Shown: positions 40,371 to 49,601 of the stretch, piece after piece | How positions within the stretch are numbered: the stretch's first letter is position 1 | Layout: each line of letters begins with the position of its first letter | Assembly (NCBI GenBank): GCA_965220105.1 | Contig: OZ244811.1 | Span: 1,465,046 to 1,529,045, forward strand | Reading direction: 5' to 3' | DNA: 64,000 bases | Source: Dehalococcoidia bacterium | GTDB lineage: Bacteria > Chloroflexota > Dehalococcoidia > Lucifugimonadales > UBA3495 | Position numbers and translations under genes: made by a program | Notes under the pieces: model-generated | Told to the model about the DNA's origin: nothing | What the model saw: only the letters and a program-made list of their open reading frames with translations | Databases searched by the model: none

Positions 40371-41267
40371 TTATGGCAAGTACTTGTCCTCCATCTCCCG
40401 AATGCGCTGCGCCCCCAGGATACCTCCGTTGCTGGCCACGCCCCACCTGCTTTGAGCAGCCGTCGCCAGGAAATCGTCGATGGCGCCGGTGCCGCGTTCC
40501 TGGAAATCGCTCAGCAAGTCCCAGGACGCCTGGAGCCCCGCCATGGTAGTGAGGGCGGGATACCAGGCCCCGGCGGCCCCCGCTTCCTGCAATTCTTCCA
40601 AAGTGGGATGAGTCTGGCTCCCGTGGGTGAACAGGGGCAGCACCGGACCGGGTATCCGCCGGATCGCTTCCTGGTTGTCCTCCCAGGACGCTACGGCGGG
40701 GCAGACTACGTCCACGTTGGTCTGGCTCTTGTAAGCCAGGCAGCGTTCCATCACCTCCTCGAAGGTCGCCCCCGGGACGCCGGCGTAATCGCATCTGGCC
40801 ACGATTACGAAGTCCGGGTCCAGCTCCATCTTGGCGTCCATAGCGGCCCGCAGCTTGCCCACCATCTCTTCGATGGAAACGCACCGGCGGCGGGGGCCGG
40901 ACTTGGGCGGGTAGGTCTGGTCCTCCAGGTGGGTGCCGGCGATCCCCGCCCGGATGTACTCCTTCACCGTCTCGTACACCTGAATGGCGTCCCCGTAGCC
41001 GGTATCCATGTCAACGAACGCCGGGATGTCTATCGTGTTGACGATGCGGCGGGCGTTGTCCACCATGTCCCGCATACTGGTCCCGCCCTCGGTCAAGCCC
41101 ATGAGTTGCGCCGAGGTATTTCCCCCGGACATGTAAAAGGCCTCGAACCCCAGCACCTCGGCCATCTTTGCGCCCATGGCGTTCATCCCGCCGGCCAGAA
41201 CGAAAATCTCCGGACGCTCGAACAGCTCCTTGAGCCTGGTAGTCATACGTTGCTTCTCTGGCATCAC
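40371..41267 (-). CDS. Isocitrate lyase / PEP mutase superfamily enzyme with atypical active-site loop
   Basis: FYMSG, VDMDTGYG, HLEDQ, VSIEEMVGKLRAA and IVARCD motifs. Confidence 0.88.
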   Translation of the reverse strand: MMPEKQRMTTRLKELFERPEIFVLAGGMNAMGAKMAEVLGFEAFYMSGGNTSAQLMGLTEGGTSMRDMVDNARRIVNTIDIPAFVDMDTGYGDAIQVYETVKEYIRAGIAGTHLEDQTYPPKSGPRRRCVSIEEMVGKLRAAMDAKMELDPDFVIVARCDYAGVPGATFEEVMERCLAYKSQTNVDVVCPAVASWEDNQEAIRRIPGPVLPLFTHGSQTHPTLEELQEAGAAGAWYPALTTMAGLQASWDLLSDFQERGTGAIDDFLATAAQSRWGVASNGGILGAQRIREMEDKYLP

Positions 41268-41325
41268 TCTTCCCCCTTTCGGTATTTGGTGTATTGCCCA
41301 ATCGTCCCGTCTTCCGGGGTTGGTT

Positions 41326-41607
41326 TCAAGCGAGAATCAGGTGGTTGATCGGGATCCCGTGCATCAGCAGGCGCCGCGCATTACTGTGGCGGAGCGTACG
41401 AGTTTCGTTGCGACGACCCCAAGCTAACTGCCCCAGCATCACGGGTTTCGCTGGAGGATTCGGAGCGGAGGCGACGACGGTCTGGACTTCGGGCGGTTCC
41501 AGGTACTCCGGCAGGTAGGAACCTATCCCTCGGAGTGATTGTTGCGTTTTGTCGCCTTTGGGGTGGATTCCCCGGGCGCGGCGGGCGCTCAGCGTGGTGG
41601 TGGTCAT
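41326..41607 (-). pseudogene. Internally deleted tyrosine recombinase/integrase
   Basis: LPEYLEPPEVQTVVASAPNP...AWGRRNET (box-I-like) joined directly to RTLRHSNARRLLMHGIPINHL (box-II-like). Confidence 0.65.
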
Positions 41608-41766
41608 GGACGGCAGTGTAACAAAATGGGCACTTTGGTTGCACCGTCGAAAATTAAACCTCAACGGCGCGGGACGCTCCAACGGATCGTCCGCGCTGTC
41701 GAAGCAGGTCTCGCAGGGGTTCGTTGACCCGGCTCGCATCCTCCATATTGACCAATCTTTTGCTAT

Positions 41767-41918
41767 CTTTAATCTGTCATTGCGAGGAGCACCCGCTCAT
41801 CCCGAGCTCGCCGAGGGACGTGGCAATCTCGATGAGGTTGCCACGTCGGCGAACCGCCGTTGCTACGACGACGAGATTGCCGCGCTACGCTCGCAATGAC
41901 AAAGTGGGGACGCATGAG
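41767..41918. mobile_element. Shell-1 composite element, reverse orientation, one end truncated
   Basis: Near reverse complement of 23561-23728 and 49311-49479; ends AAAGTGGGGACGCATGAG; left TIR mostly missing and no TSD. Confidence 0.85.
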
Positions 41919-42313
41919 GAATGCCCTGGCCCATATTGGGTGGCCGGAGATGAAGTGAGTGTGCCGGCTGAGGACCTCCGGTCGCCTGGCCGCCAGGGTT
42001 CGCGTCTCACGTCAAGCACGGCGTGATGGCAGCCCGCGACGGCGGCGGAAACCTCAAAGCCCGAGTAGGAGACCGAATCTCCGTGGGTGTAAGCCGCGCG
42101 AGAATGGGATTTCCAGACTGGGGTTTAACCGTGCCTTCCCGGAGGCTTCGTTGCGATTTGGTTCTGCGGCCAATCGTACGACGTCGCGTTGCCATTGCCG
42201 AAGACGTGGGCCAGTCGGACGGCGACGGGGGGACGCGGTGCACCCGGAGCGTCCCCCTGCGGGATCGTCATGTCTTTGCCCCGGAGGGGATATTGGCAAG
42301 TCGGTTGGGGCGA

Positions 42314-44182
42314 TCATTTACAGGGGGTTGCCGACCGACAGGCGCGGATCAGGTCGAAATGTCCGTAGTTTGCCCCGTCGGAACCGGGGAATTCCCAAGT
42401 GTCGATGATCTCGGGGTTGGCGACGAACTCGATGTAGATGTAGAAGAGGGGCAGGTAGCCGTATTCGGTGAAGATGAGCTCACCCATCTGGTGTTGGACC
42501 TTGGCGCGTTCGTCGACGGGGACGGTTTGGCCCAACTCGGCGAAGAGCCGGTCCAGTTCCTCGGTTTCGTAGAGGTGGATGAAACCGCTGGAGCGGTTGA
42601 AGAGGCTGAGCTGGGCGTAAACGGTTTTGTAGGACGGCGAGCCGACGAAGAAGCCGAGGGATTTGGGTTCCTTCTTGGTCCAGGAGGCGTAGTAGGTGCC
42701 GAATTCCCATTCCTCGTAACTCACGTCGACGCCAACGTCGCTGAACATGACGCCCATGGCCTGGACCAGGTCGGCAGATTCAGGGAAGCCGAAGATGTTC
42801 ATGACGATCATCTTGAGCTCGGCCGGGTTGTCGTCGCCGTAGCCAGCTTCGGCCAGCAGCGCACGGGCGCGGTCGGGGTCATAGCCGTAAAGCTCTTCGA
42901 ACCGGTCGAACCAGGTTTCGTCCCAGCCGGGCAGGTTGGGATAGAAGCCACCCACCGGGCTGAGGGTTACGCGTCCGCTGAAGAGAGTGTCGATCAGCAG
43001 GTCCTTGTCCACCGCCCGGTTGAGGGCTTCACGCACTTTGATGTTGGTGGGCGCGTAATCCGGGTACATCCAGGGTTGCTCCCAGGTACTCGATTCGCCG
43101 GAACCGGGGGTTTCGGGGTAGAGGCCCATGAAGATGCCCCAGAGCTGGTTGCCGGGGAAGTTGCTCTGGATGACCTTCATGCCATGATCGGTCACCGCGG
43201 TATCGGCCAGTTCGCGGGTCAACTCGGTGAGGTGGATTTCACTGGCGAGGAGGCCGGCGTTGCGGGTAGCCGGCTCGGAAATCCAGCGGAGGTCGACGTT
43301 CGGCCAGTCCACGGGGGCGGGATTGCCGCCCTCTCCGTTGAGACGCCAGTGTTCGGGCAGCTTTTCAAATTCGACGTTCACGCCAAACTCGCGGTCGACG
43401 TAGCGGTAGGGGCCGGTGCCAATCATGTCGTCGGTATAGCCTTCCAGCCCCTCGGCGTCCCAGTAGGCCTTACTCATCATGAGGCCGCCGCCGCTGGGCG
43501 CAATGTAAAAGAGGAAGTCGGGATTGGGGGATTTGAGCTGCACGACGAGTTCGTGGTCGCTGACGATTTGAGAGGCCGGCAGGTCGATGGAACGCCAGTC
43601 GGTGGCGTAGGCCAGGAGAGTGTCTTCGCGGGTCAGCATGGTGGCGCTGTGCAGGACGTCCTGGGCGGTGAACTCGCCCCAGCCGTCATGGAATTCGACG
43701 CCCTCCACCAGCTGGAAGGACCATTGCTTGCCGTCTTCGGAGAGTTCCCAGCTGGTGGCCAGTTGGGGAACCCAGATGTTGCGTTCGGGGTCGATGTCGA
43801 CCAGGACTTCCATCACCAGGTCCATCTGCTGATGGTGGTCGACGGTGCCTGCCCAGGGAAGGTTGGTCTCGCCGGCGGAGGGGTCCACGGCGATTACGAG
43901 GGTATCCACCTTGACGTCCCCCAGCTGCTGGGGAACGGGGGCTGCCGTGGCGGCGGGGGCCGGTGTGGAACCGGCGGCGGCGCGGAAGGCAGGAGCGGTG
44001 GCCGAAGGCGCGGGGGGCTGGGTTGCCGCCGCTGGGGCCGCTGGGGCCGCCGTGGCAGCCGACTGAGCGTCCGATGGCGCAGCGGAGCCGGCCGGTTCGC
44101 CGGCGCAGGCTACTGCCGCAAACAGAATCAAGAGGACGGTAGTCGCGAACCAAAAGCGGGCGATGGTCTTCAGGATAATCAT
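42314..44182 (-). CDS. Family-5 ABC solute-binding lipoprotein (paralogue 1 of 3)
   Basis: Lipobox AVAC, PQLATSWELS, FHDGWGEFTAQDV, MIGTGPY. Confidence 0.9.
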   Translation of the reverse strand: MIILKTIARFWFATTVLLILFAAVACAGEPAGSAAPSDAQSAATAAPAAPAAATQPPAPSATAPAFRAAAGSTPAPAATAAPVPQQLGDVKVDTLVIAVDPSAGETNLPWAGTVDHHQQMDLVMEVLVDIDPERNIWVPQLATSWELSEDGKQWSFQLVEGVEFHDGWGEFTAQDVLHSATMLTREDTLLAYATDWRSIDLPASQIVSDHELVVQLKSPNPDFLFYIAPSGGGLMMSKAYWDAEGLEGYTDDMIGTGPYRYVDREFGVNVEFEKLPEHWRLNGEGGNPAPVDWPNVDLRWISEPATRNAGLLASEIHLTELTRELADTAVTDHGMKVIQSNFPGNQLWGIFMGLYPETPGSGESSTWEQPWMYPDYAPTNIKVREALNRAVDKDLLIDTLFSGRVTLSPVGGFYPNLPGWDETWFDRFEELYGYDPDRARALLAEAGYGDDNPAELKMIVMNIFGFPESADLVQAMGVMFSDVGVDVSYEEWEFGTYYASWTKKEPKSLGFFVGSPSYKTVYAQLSLFNRSSGFIHLYETEELDRLFAELGQTVPVDERAKVQHQMGELIFTEYGYLPLFYIYIEFVANPEIIDTWEFPGSDGANYGHFDLIRACRSATPCK

Positions 44183-44269
44183 TGGCGATGACTCTCCAGT
44201 ACTCCCAGTGCCTGCTGCTACGGTTGGCAGCAGTTGGGTTTATGTGTCGATAGCGCTGCGGGCGCGGTC

Positions 44270-44299
44270 AATTTAGCCGAAATTCGCAATGGCAGTCAA
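44270..44299 (-). promoter_or_regulatory. Sigma70-type promoter of SBP paralogue 1
   Basis: Minus strand TTGACT-18 bp-TAAATT; homologous context upstream of paralogue 3. Confidence 0.55.
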
Positions 44300-44477
44300 A
44301 CGCCCCGATTACAGGATGCGACATGCGGCAAGGTCCACGGTCGGCAGGGAACCCCGACCCCGAAACGGTGGGAGAGCCGAAGCGTCCCCCACCGTTGCAG
44401 GATCGAATTGTTGCCGGCGAGTCGGACTGACGCAGAGGCGTGCCCGGTCACGCTGCGCGGCGGGATGGTTGGGACGG

Positions 44478-46343
44478 TCAGTAGCAGGGCTCGGCGGTAC
44501 GGCAAGCGCGGATCAGGTCGAAGTGACCGTAGTTGGCGCCGTCGGAGCCGGGGAACTCCCAGCTGTCGATGATGTCGGGATTGGCGACGAACTCGATGAA
44601 TATGTAGAAGAGGGGGATGTAGGCGTAGTCTTCGAAGAGGATGTCGCCCATCTGGTTCTGGATGTCGGTACGTTCGGCCACGTCGGCGGAGTTGCTGAGT
44701 CGGAAGAACAGGTCGTCGAGCTCCTGCGTCTCGTAGAAGTGGCCGGCGCTGCCCGAACGGTTGAACAGGGACATTTGGGCGTACACGGTCTTGTAGGAAG
44801 GCGGCACGACCCACATGCCGACGGATTCCGGCTTCTTGTTGCGTCGGTCGGCGCGGAACGTGTTGAACTCCCATTCCTCGTAGGTGATGTCGAAGCCGAC
44901 GTCGGCGAGCATAATGCCCATCGCCTGCATGAGGTCAGGGGATTCGGGGAAGCCGAAGATGTTCATGACGAGCATCTTGAGGTGGGGTTGGTTGTCATCG
45001 CCGTAGCCGGCCTGGGCGAGCAGGTCGCGGGCGCGGTCGGGGTCGTAGCCGTAGACCTCGTCGAAGCGGTCGAGCCAAACCTGGTCCCAACCGGGGAGGT
45101 TGGGGTAGAAGCCGCCCACCGGGCTGATGGTGACGCGCCCGCTGAACAGGGTGTCGACGAGCAGGTCCTTATCGATGGCGCGGTTGGCCGCTTCCCGAAC
45201 CAGGATGTCGGTGGGGGCATAGTCGGGGTACATCCAGGGCACTTCCCAGGTGCTGGGTTGTCCGGGAGCGTCGGTAACCGAATAGAGCCCTTCGAAGGTG
45301 CCCCAGAGCTGGTTGCCGGGGAAGTTGCTCTGGATGATCTTCATGTCGTGGTCGTTGACGGCCACGTTGGCCAGCTCACGGGTGAGCTCGGTGAGGTGAA
45401 TCTCGCCGGCCAGCAGACCGGCGTTGCGGGTGCCCGGTTCGGAGATCCAACGCAGGTCGACCATGGGCCAGTCGACTTCCAGCGGGTTGTTGCCCTGGCC
45501 GTTGAGGCGCCAGTGGTCGGGCTGTTTTTCGAAGAGCACGTTTACGCCCAGGGTGCGGTCGGCGTAACGGTATGGGCCGGTGCCGATCATATCGCGGTCG
45601 TAGCCCGCCAGGCCCTCGGCATCCCAGTAGGCTTTGCTCATCATGAGGCCACCACCGCTGGGGGCAATGTAAAACAGGAAGTCGGGGTTGGGGTTCTTCA
45701 ACTGAATGATGACTTCGGTGTCACTGACGACCTGGGAAGCTACCAGGTCAACGGTGCGCCAGTCGTTGGCGTAGGCCAGGGTGGAGTCCTCCTGGGACAG
45801 CAAATTGGCGCTGTGGAGGACGTCGGCGGCGGTGAATTGACCCCAGTCATCGTGGAAGGGAACCCCGTCAACCAGTTGGAAGGTCCAGCGGGTGCCGTCG
45901 GGGGAGAGTTCCCACTCGGTGGCCAGTTGGGGAACCCAGACGTTGCGCTCGGGGTCGATGTCCACGAGGACTTCCATGACCAGGTCCATCTGTTGATGGT
46001 GGTCGACCGAGCCGTTCCAGGGGAGGTTGGTTTCACCGGCCGCCGGATCGACGGCGATAACGAGGGTGTCGACCTTGAGTTCGCCCTGCTGCTCGGGCAC
46101 CGGGGCCGGCAAGGCGGTGGGTGGCGCCACGGTGGCGGCCGAGCGGAAGGCGGGAGCGGTGGGGGAAGGCGCGACCTGACCGGTGGAAGGCGCCGTGGTG
46201 GCGGCAGCGGCGACCGGGGCGGGCTGAGTGGCGGGTGGGGCCTCGGCCTGGGGCGCGGCCCCCTGGCAGGCTACCGCCGCGATCAGCAACGATGCAGCGG
46301 GGATGGCGAACAGGATCCGGAAAATACTCTTGTGTCCAAACAT
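44478..46343 (-). CDS. Family-5 ABC solute-binding lipoprotein (paralogue 2 of 3)
   Basis: Same motifs; collinear along its full length with 42314-44182 and 50744-52609. Confidence 0.9.
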   Translation of the reverse strand: MFGHKSIFRILFAIPAASLLIAAVACQGAAPQAEAPPATQPAPVAAAATTAPSTGQVAPSPTAPAFRSAATVAPPTALPAPVPEQQGELKVDTLVIAVDPAAGETNLPWNGSVDHHQQMDLVMEVLVDIDPERNVWVPQLATEWELSPDGTRWTFQLVDGVPFHDDWGQFTAADVLHSANLLSQEDSTLAYANDWRTVDLVASQVVSDTEVIIQLKNPNPDFLFYIAPSGGGLMMSKAYWDAEGLAGYDRDMIGTGPYRYADRTLGVNVLFEKQPDHWRLNGQGNNPLEVDWPMVDLRWISEPGTRNAGLLAGEIHLTELTRELANVAVNDHDMKIIQSNFPGNQLWGTFEGLYSVTDAPGQPSTWEVPWMYPDYAPTDILVREAANRAIDKDLLVDTLFSGRVTISPVGGFYPNLPGWDQVWLDRFDEVYGYDPDRARDLLAQAGYGDDNQPHLKMLVMNIFGFPESPDLMQAMGIMLADVGFDITYEEWEFNTFRADRRNKKPESVGMWVVPPSYKTVYAQMSLFNRSGSAGHFYETQELDDLFFRLSNSADVAERTDIQNQMGDILFEDYAYIPLFYIFIEFVANPDIIDSWEFPGSDGANYGHFDLIRACRTAEPCY

Positions 46344-46432
46344 CGGTGAGGAACCTCCGTTTTAGCGAAGTGATTGCCGAGTAATGGTAGGAAATTGACC
46401 TTAATTAGCGATAAACACAACGAGTTCTGGCC

Positions 46433-46461
46433 AGTCTAGCGGCAGGGTAGACGGTAGTCAA
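46433..46461 (-). promoter_or_regulatory. Sigma70-type promoter of SBP paralogue 2
   Basis: Minus strand TTGACT-17 bp-TAGACT. Confidence 0.55.
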
Positions 46462-46478
46462 CGGTGTGTACTCGTTCA

Positions 46479-46620
46479 CAGGGCCTTGCGACTATCCCCC
46501 TAATGTCATTGCGAGGAGCGAAGCGACGTGGCAATCTCGCTCATCCTGAGCCTGTCGAAGGACGCCAACGAGATTGCCACGCTGCGCTCGCAATGACATT
46601 GCCGATAACTGAAAGACCCT
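46479..46620. mobile_element. Shell-2 MITE-like element carrying the cargo-a doublet
   Basis: Ends CAGGGCCTTGCGACTAT / ATAACTGAAAGACCCT; perfect 9-bp flanking repeat ACTCGTTCA (46470-46478 / 46621-46629); core AATGTCATTGCGAG...CTCGCAATGACATT. Confidence 0.85.
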
Positions 46621-46645
46621 ACTCGTTCAGCATATCTGAGACGCA

Positions 46646-46766
46646 CTAGTAGACCAACCGCTTTGAAATGATGGGAATCCGTCTTCACGCCTTGCTTTAG
46701 ACCGACTTCGCTGGAGAACCAGGACGAAGCCAGCAACTCATCATTTCAAAGATTTCGGACCACTAG
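46646..46766. mobile_element. IS630-type mini-element (non-autonomous, about 120 bp)
   Basis: 27-bp TIR (21/27, inner 13 bp CTTTGAAATGATG perfect), bounded by CTAG at 46646 and 46763; abuts the full IS630. Confidence 0.7.
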
Positions 46767-47998
46767 TACCCAGTCACATTTGTATTGATGGGTATAAGGA
46801 CTTGAGCTTGATGCGGGCGTCCTCGGTTGTGAAGCGCCAGTCCGCTCGAAACCCCTGCCGATTCCGCTGGTTTTCCCATGCCCCGGTTTCCTGCTCCAGG
46901 ATTCCCCGGCTGGGGATACGGCGGTCCAGGCACTGCCCTGCCAGCACCCCCAGTTCTATCTCCGCCATATTCAGCCAACTGCCGTGCTTCGGCGTGTAGT
47001 GAATCTCCAGCCGCTCCGCGATGCGCCGGGCCTCTGCCGGCTCGAAGGCCTCGTACAAAGATGCCAGATGATGGGTGTTCAAGTTGTCCATCACCAGCAC
47101 TATCCGCTCCCTATCGGGATAGTCCTCGTCCACCAGCTTCCGCACCACCTCCGCCCAGTCAACCCTGGTGCGCCGGTCCGTCACCTCCACCCGCCGCCAT
47201 CCCTCCAAGGGCGCGAACAGCATGAACAGGTTGCTCACCCCGTTGCGCTGGTATTCATAATCGTAGGCCATGACTGAACCAGGCCGCGGCGGACGGGATT
47301 GCCGAGTCTCCCCCACCAGTTGCTTGCTGGTCTCGTCCAGGCACACCAGAACTTCCTTGTCTTCATAGCTGCGGTGATAGACCTCCAGCACGTCTTCCAT
47401 GGCGCATACAAACTCGGCGCTGCCCTGGGGAGGCAGACACCAGCACTCTTTCAGCCAGGGCTTCAGTTGGTTTTTTTCAAGGTCCGGCGCACCGTCTCGT
47501 CGCTGATGCTCTCCACTATCTCTCCTTCCACCAGTCCGTCGGCCAGCAGTTGCAACGTCCAACTGACTCGTCCCTCCGGCGGCGGCGAGCAGGCCAGGGC
47601 AATCAGGTGGGCCTCACCCTGACCATCCAACTTCTTCCGGCGCCGGTTCAGTTGCTCTTTGCGACCCAGGGCGGCCGCCACTCCCTCCTCCACACAGCGG
47701 CGGCGTACCCGTTCCACCGTGGCGGTGCCCACCTTCAGGGACCGGGCTATCTCCTGGTCCATCATTGGCCCCTCGGCCTGATTCTCATCGCTCAGCAGCA
47801 GGATGCGGGCGTGAGTCTGCTTATAGGCTGCCGCCCGTCCCTTGGAAACCAACGCCTTCAGTTCCTCCTGTTCTTCTACCGTCAGTTCTACCCGATACTT
47901 CTTCACCATCACGTCCCTCACCACTTCCCCATTTGTTCCTGTATCTACTTGACCTTCACATCCTACCATCCATCAATTCATTGGTGGTAGGCCACTAG
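46763..47998 (-). mobile_element. IS630-family insertion sequence
   Basis: CTAG at both ends; 29-bp imperfect TIR (20/29); two overlapping transposase ORFs. Confidence 0.9.
46774..47909 (-). CDS. IS630 transposase, two ORFs joined by a probable programmed -1 frameshift
   Basis: HTH ORF ends RRTLKKTN; DDE ORF has CLDETSKQ, VMDNLNTH, HYTPKHGSWLNMAEIE. Slippery A-AAA-AAC on the minus strand at 47470-47476. Confidence 0.88.
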
Positions 47999-48094
47999 GG
48001 GCCAGCAGATGTGGACGGTACCTACGGGTTCGCTGTGGGGGCCGGCCACTGACGTTGATTGGCGCCTTTCGTGCGCGTTGGGCGGCAAATGCGC

Positions 48095-48122
48095 TTGACA
48101 CCGGGAAGCGCTGGGCTATGAT
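48095..48122 (+). promoter_or_regulatory. Sigma70-type promoter of the isolated dppB
   Basis: TTGACA-16 bp-TATGAT. Confidence 0.6.
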
Positions 48123-48165
48123 GTTGGCATTCTCGTCGGGTATGACGGCAACGAGGGGTCTATCC

Positions 48166-49083
48166 GTGCAGCGTTACATCATGGTCCGGGTCCTGCAAAC
48201 CATCGTGGCGCTATGGGCGGTGAGTATCATTGTGTTCGCACTGGCCAGAGTCACCGGCAACCCTCTGGACACGCTATTGTCGTTCGAGTCGACGGAGGAA
48301 GACCGGGTCCGGGTGGCCAGAGCCTGGGGGCTGGACAAGCCTTTGCCGGTGCAATACTTCACCTTCATAGGCAATGCATTCCAGGGAGAATTCGGCCAGT
48401 CGTTCAAGTGGCGGCAATCGGCGCGCAGCCTGGTGATAGCGCGACTGCCGGCGACCCTTTCGCTGGCGGGGCTGGCGATGGCGGTGGCCACCATCATCGC
48501 GGTGCCCATCGGGGTCATCACCGCGGTGAAACGTGATTCGTTCCTGGACTACGGAGGCAAGGCGCTGGCTCTCGTGGGTCAGGCGGCGCCACCGTTCTGG
48601 GTGGGGCTGGTGCTGATCTGGGTTTTCGGCGTGGTGCTGGACGTGGTGCCGACGTCGGGACGCAGCGGCGGCACCTCTTACATCCTGCCGGCGGTCTCGT
48701 TGGGGTTGTTCTGGGTGGCGGCGTTGATGCGGCTCATCCGGTCCTCTATGCTGGATGCGCTGGACAGCGAATACGTGAAGCTGGCGCGGGTGAAGGGGCT
48801 GCCGGAATGGAAGGTGATCTGGAAGCACACGTTACGCAACGCGGCCATCGCACCCATCACCTACTTCGGGATCATCCTGGGGTCATTGATGGTTGGGTCG
48901 GTGTCGATTGAGACGGTATTTGCGTGGCCGGGGATAGGGTTCCTGGCATTTCAGTCGGTAGCGGCCCGGGATTTCCCGGTTATCCAGACGGTGGTGTTGT
49001 TGTTCAGCATCATCTACATGTTCACCAATCTGTTGATTGACATCCTGTACGCTTACCTGGACCCGCGTATTCGGTACGGCTAG
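48166..49083 (+). CDS. dppB: Peptide/nickel ABC transporter permease (DppB/OppB-like)
   Basis: Paralogue of 19450-20370; RSSMLDALDSEYVKLARVKGL, YAYLDPRI; GTG start after GAGGGG. Confidence 0.92.
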   Translation: MQRYIMVRVLQTIVALWAVSIIVFALARVTGNPLDTLLSFESTEEDRVRVARAWGLDKPLPVQYFTFIGNAFQGEFGQSFKWRQSARSLVIARLPATLSLAGLAMAVATIIAVPIGVITAVKRDSFLDYGGKALALVGQAAPPFWVGLVLIWVFGVVLDVVPTSGRSGGTSYILPAVSLGLFWVAALMRLIRSSMLDALDSEYVKLARVKGLPEWKVIWKHTLRNAAIAPITYFGIILGSLMVGSVSIETVFAWPGIGFLAFQSVAARDFPVIQTVVLLFSIIYMFTNLLIDILYAYLDPRIRYG

Positions 49084-49310
49084 GACGGCAAGCGTCTCCT
49101 GCCGCAGCAGAAGATCTGCGCTCCGGACGCGATAACCCCCTGAGTGCTGTCAGTCCTGTTGGTACAGGCGGAGGCGAGCGTTGCATTGCGCCGGGCCGTA
49201 GAACCGGTGCCGGTCCTGGTACGGACCGGGCAGTCGCGGGCGAGGTCAATCGGATCGCCAACCGGGTTACGGACGGACGTTCGGCGCCGCGCGTCAGTAC
49301 AGAACCGGTG

Positions 49311-49479
49311 CTCATGCGTACCCACTTTGTCATTGCGAGCGTAGCGTGGCAATCTCGTCGTCGTAGCAACGGCGGTGCGCCGACGTGCGTTCAACCTCAT
49401 CGAGATTGCCACGTCCCTCGGCGAGCTCGGGATGAGCGGGCGCTCCTCGCAATGACGGATTAAAGTGGGTAAGCGTGAG
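49311..49479. mobile_element. Shell-1 composite MITE-like element
   Basis: TIR CTCATGCGTACCCACTTT / AAAGTGGGTAAGCGTGAG; flanks AGAACCGGTG and GGAACCGGTG (9/10); lies between convergent permease genes. Confidence 0.9.
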
Positions 49480-49601
49480 GGAACCGGTGGCGTTGTCCTA
49501 TGCGACAGAAATCACCTGTTGCACTTCAGATGTGAATCCATCGACTGGATTGCGGCCTGCGCCGGGCTGGCGGAGGCGGGGCCGGGAGGGGACTGGGGTG
49601 G

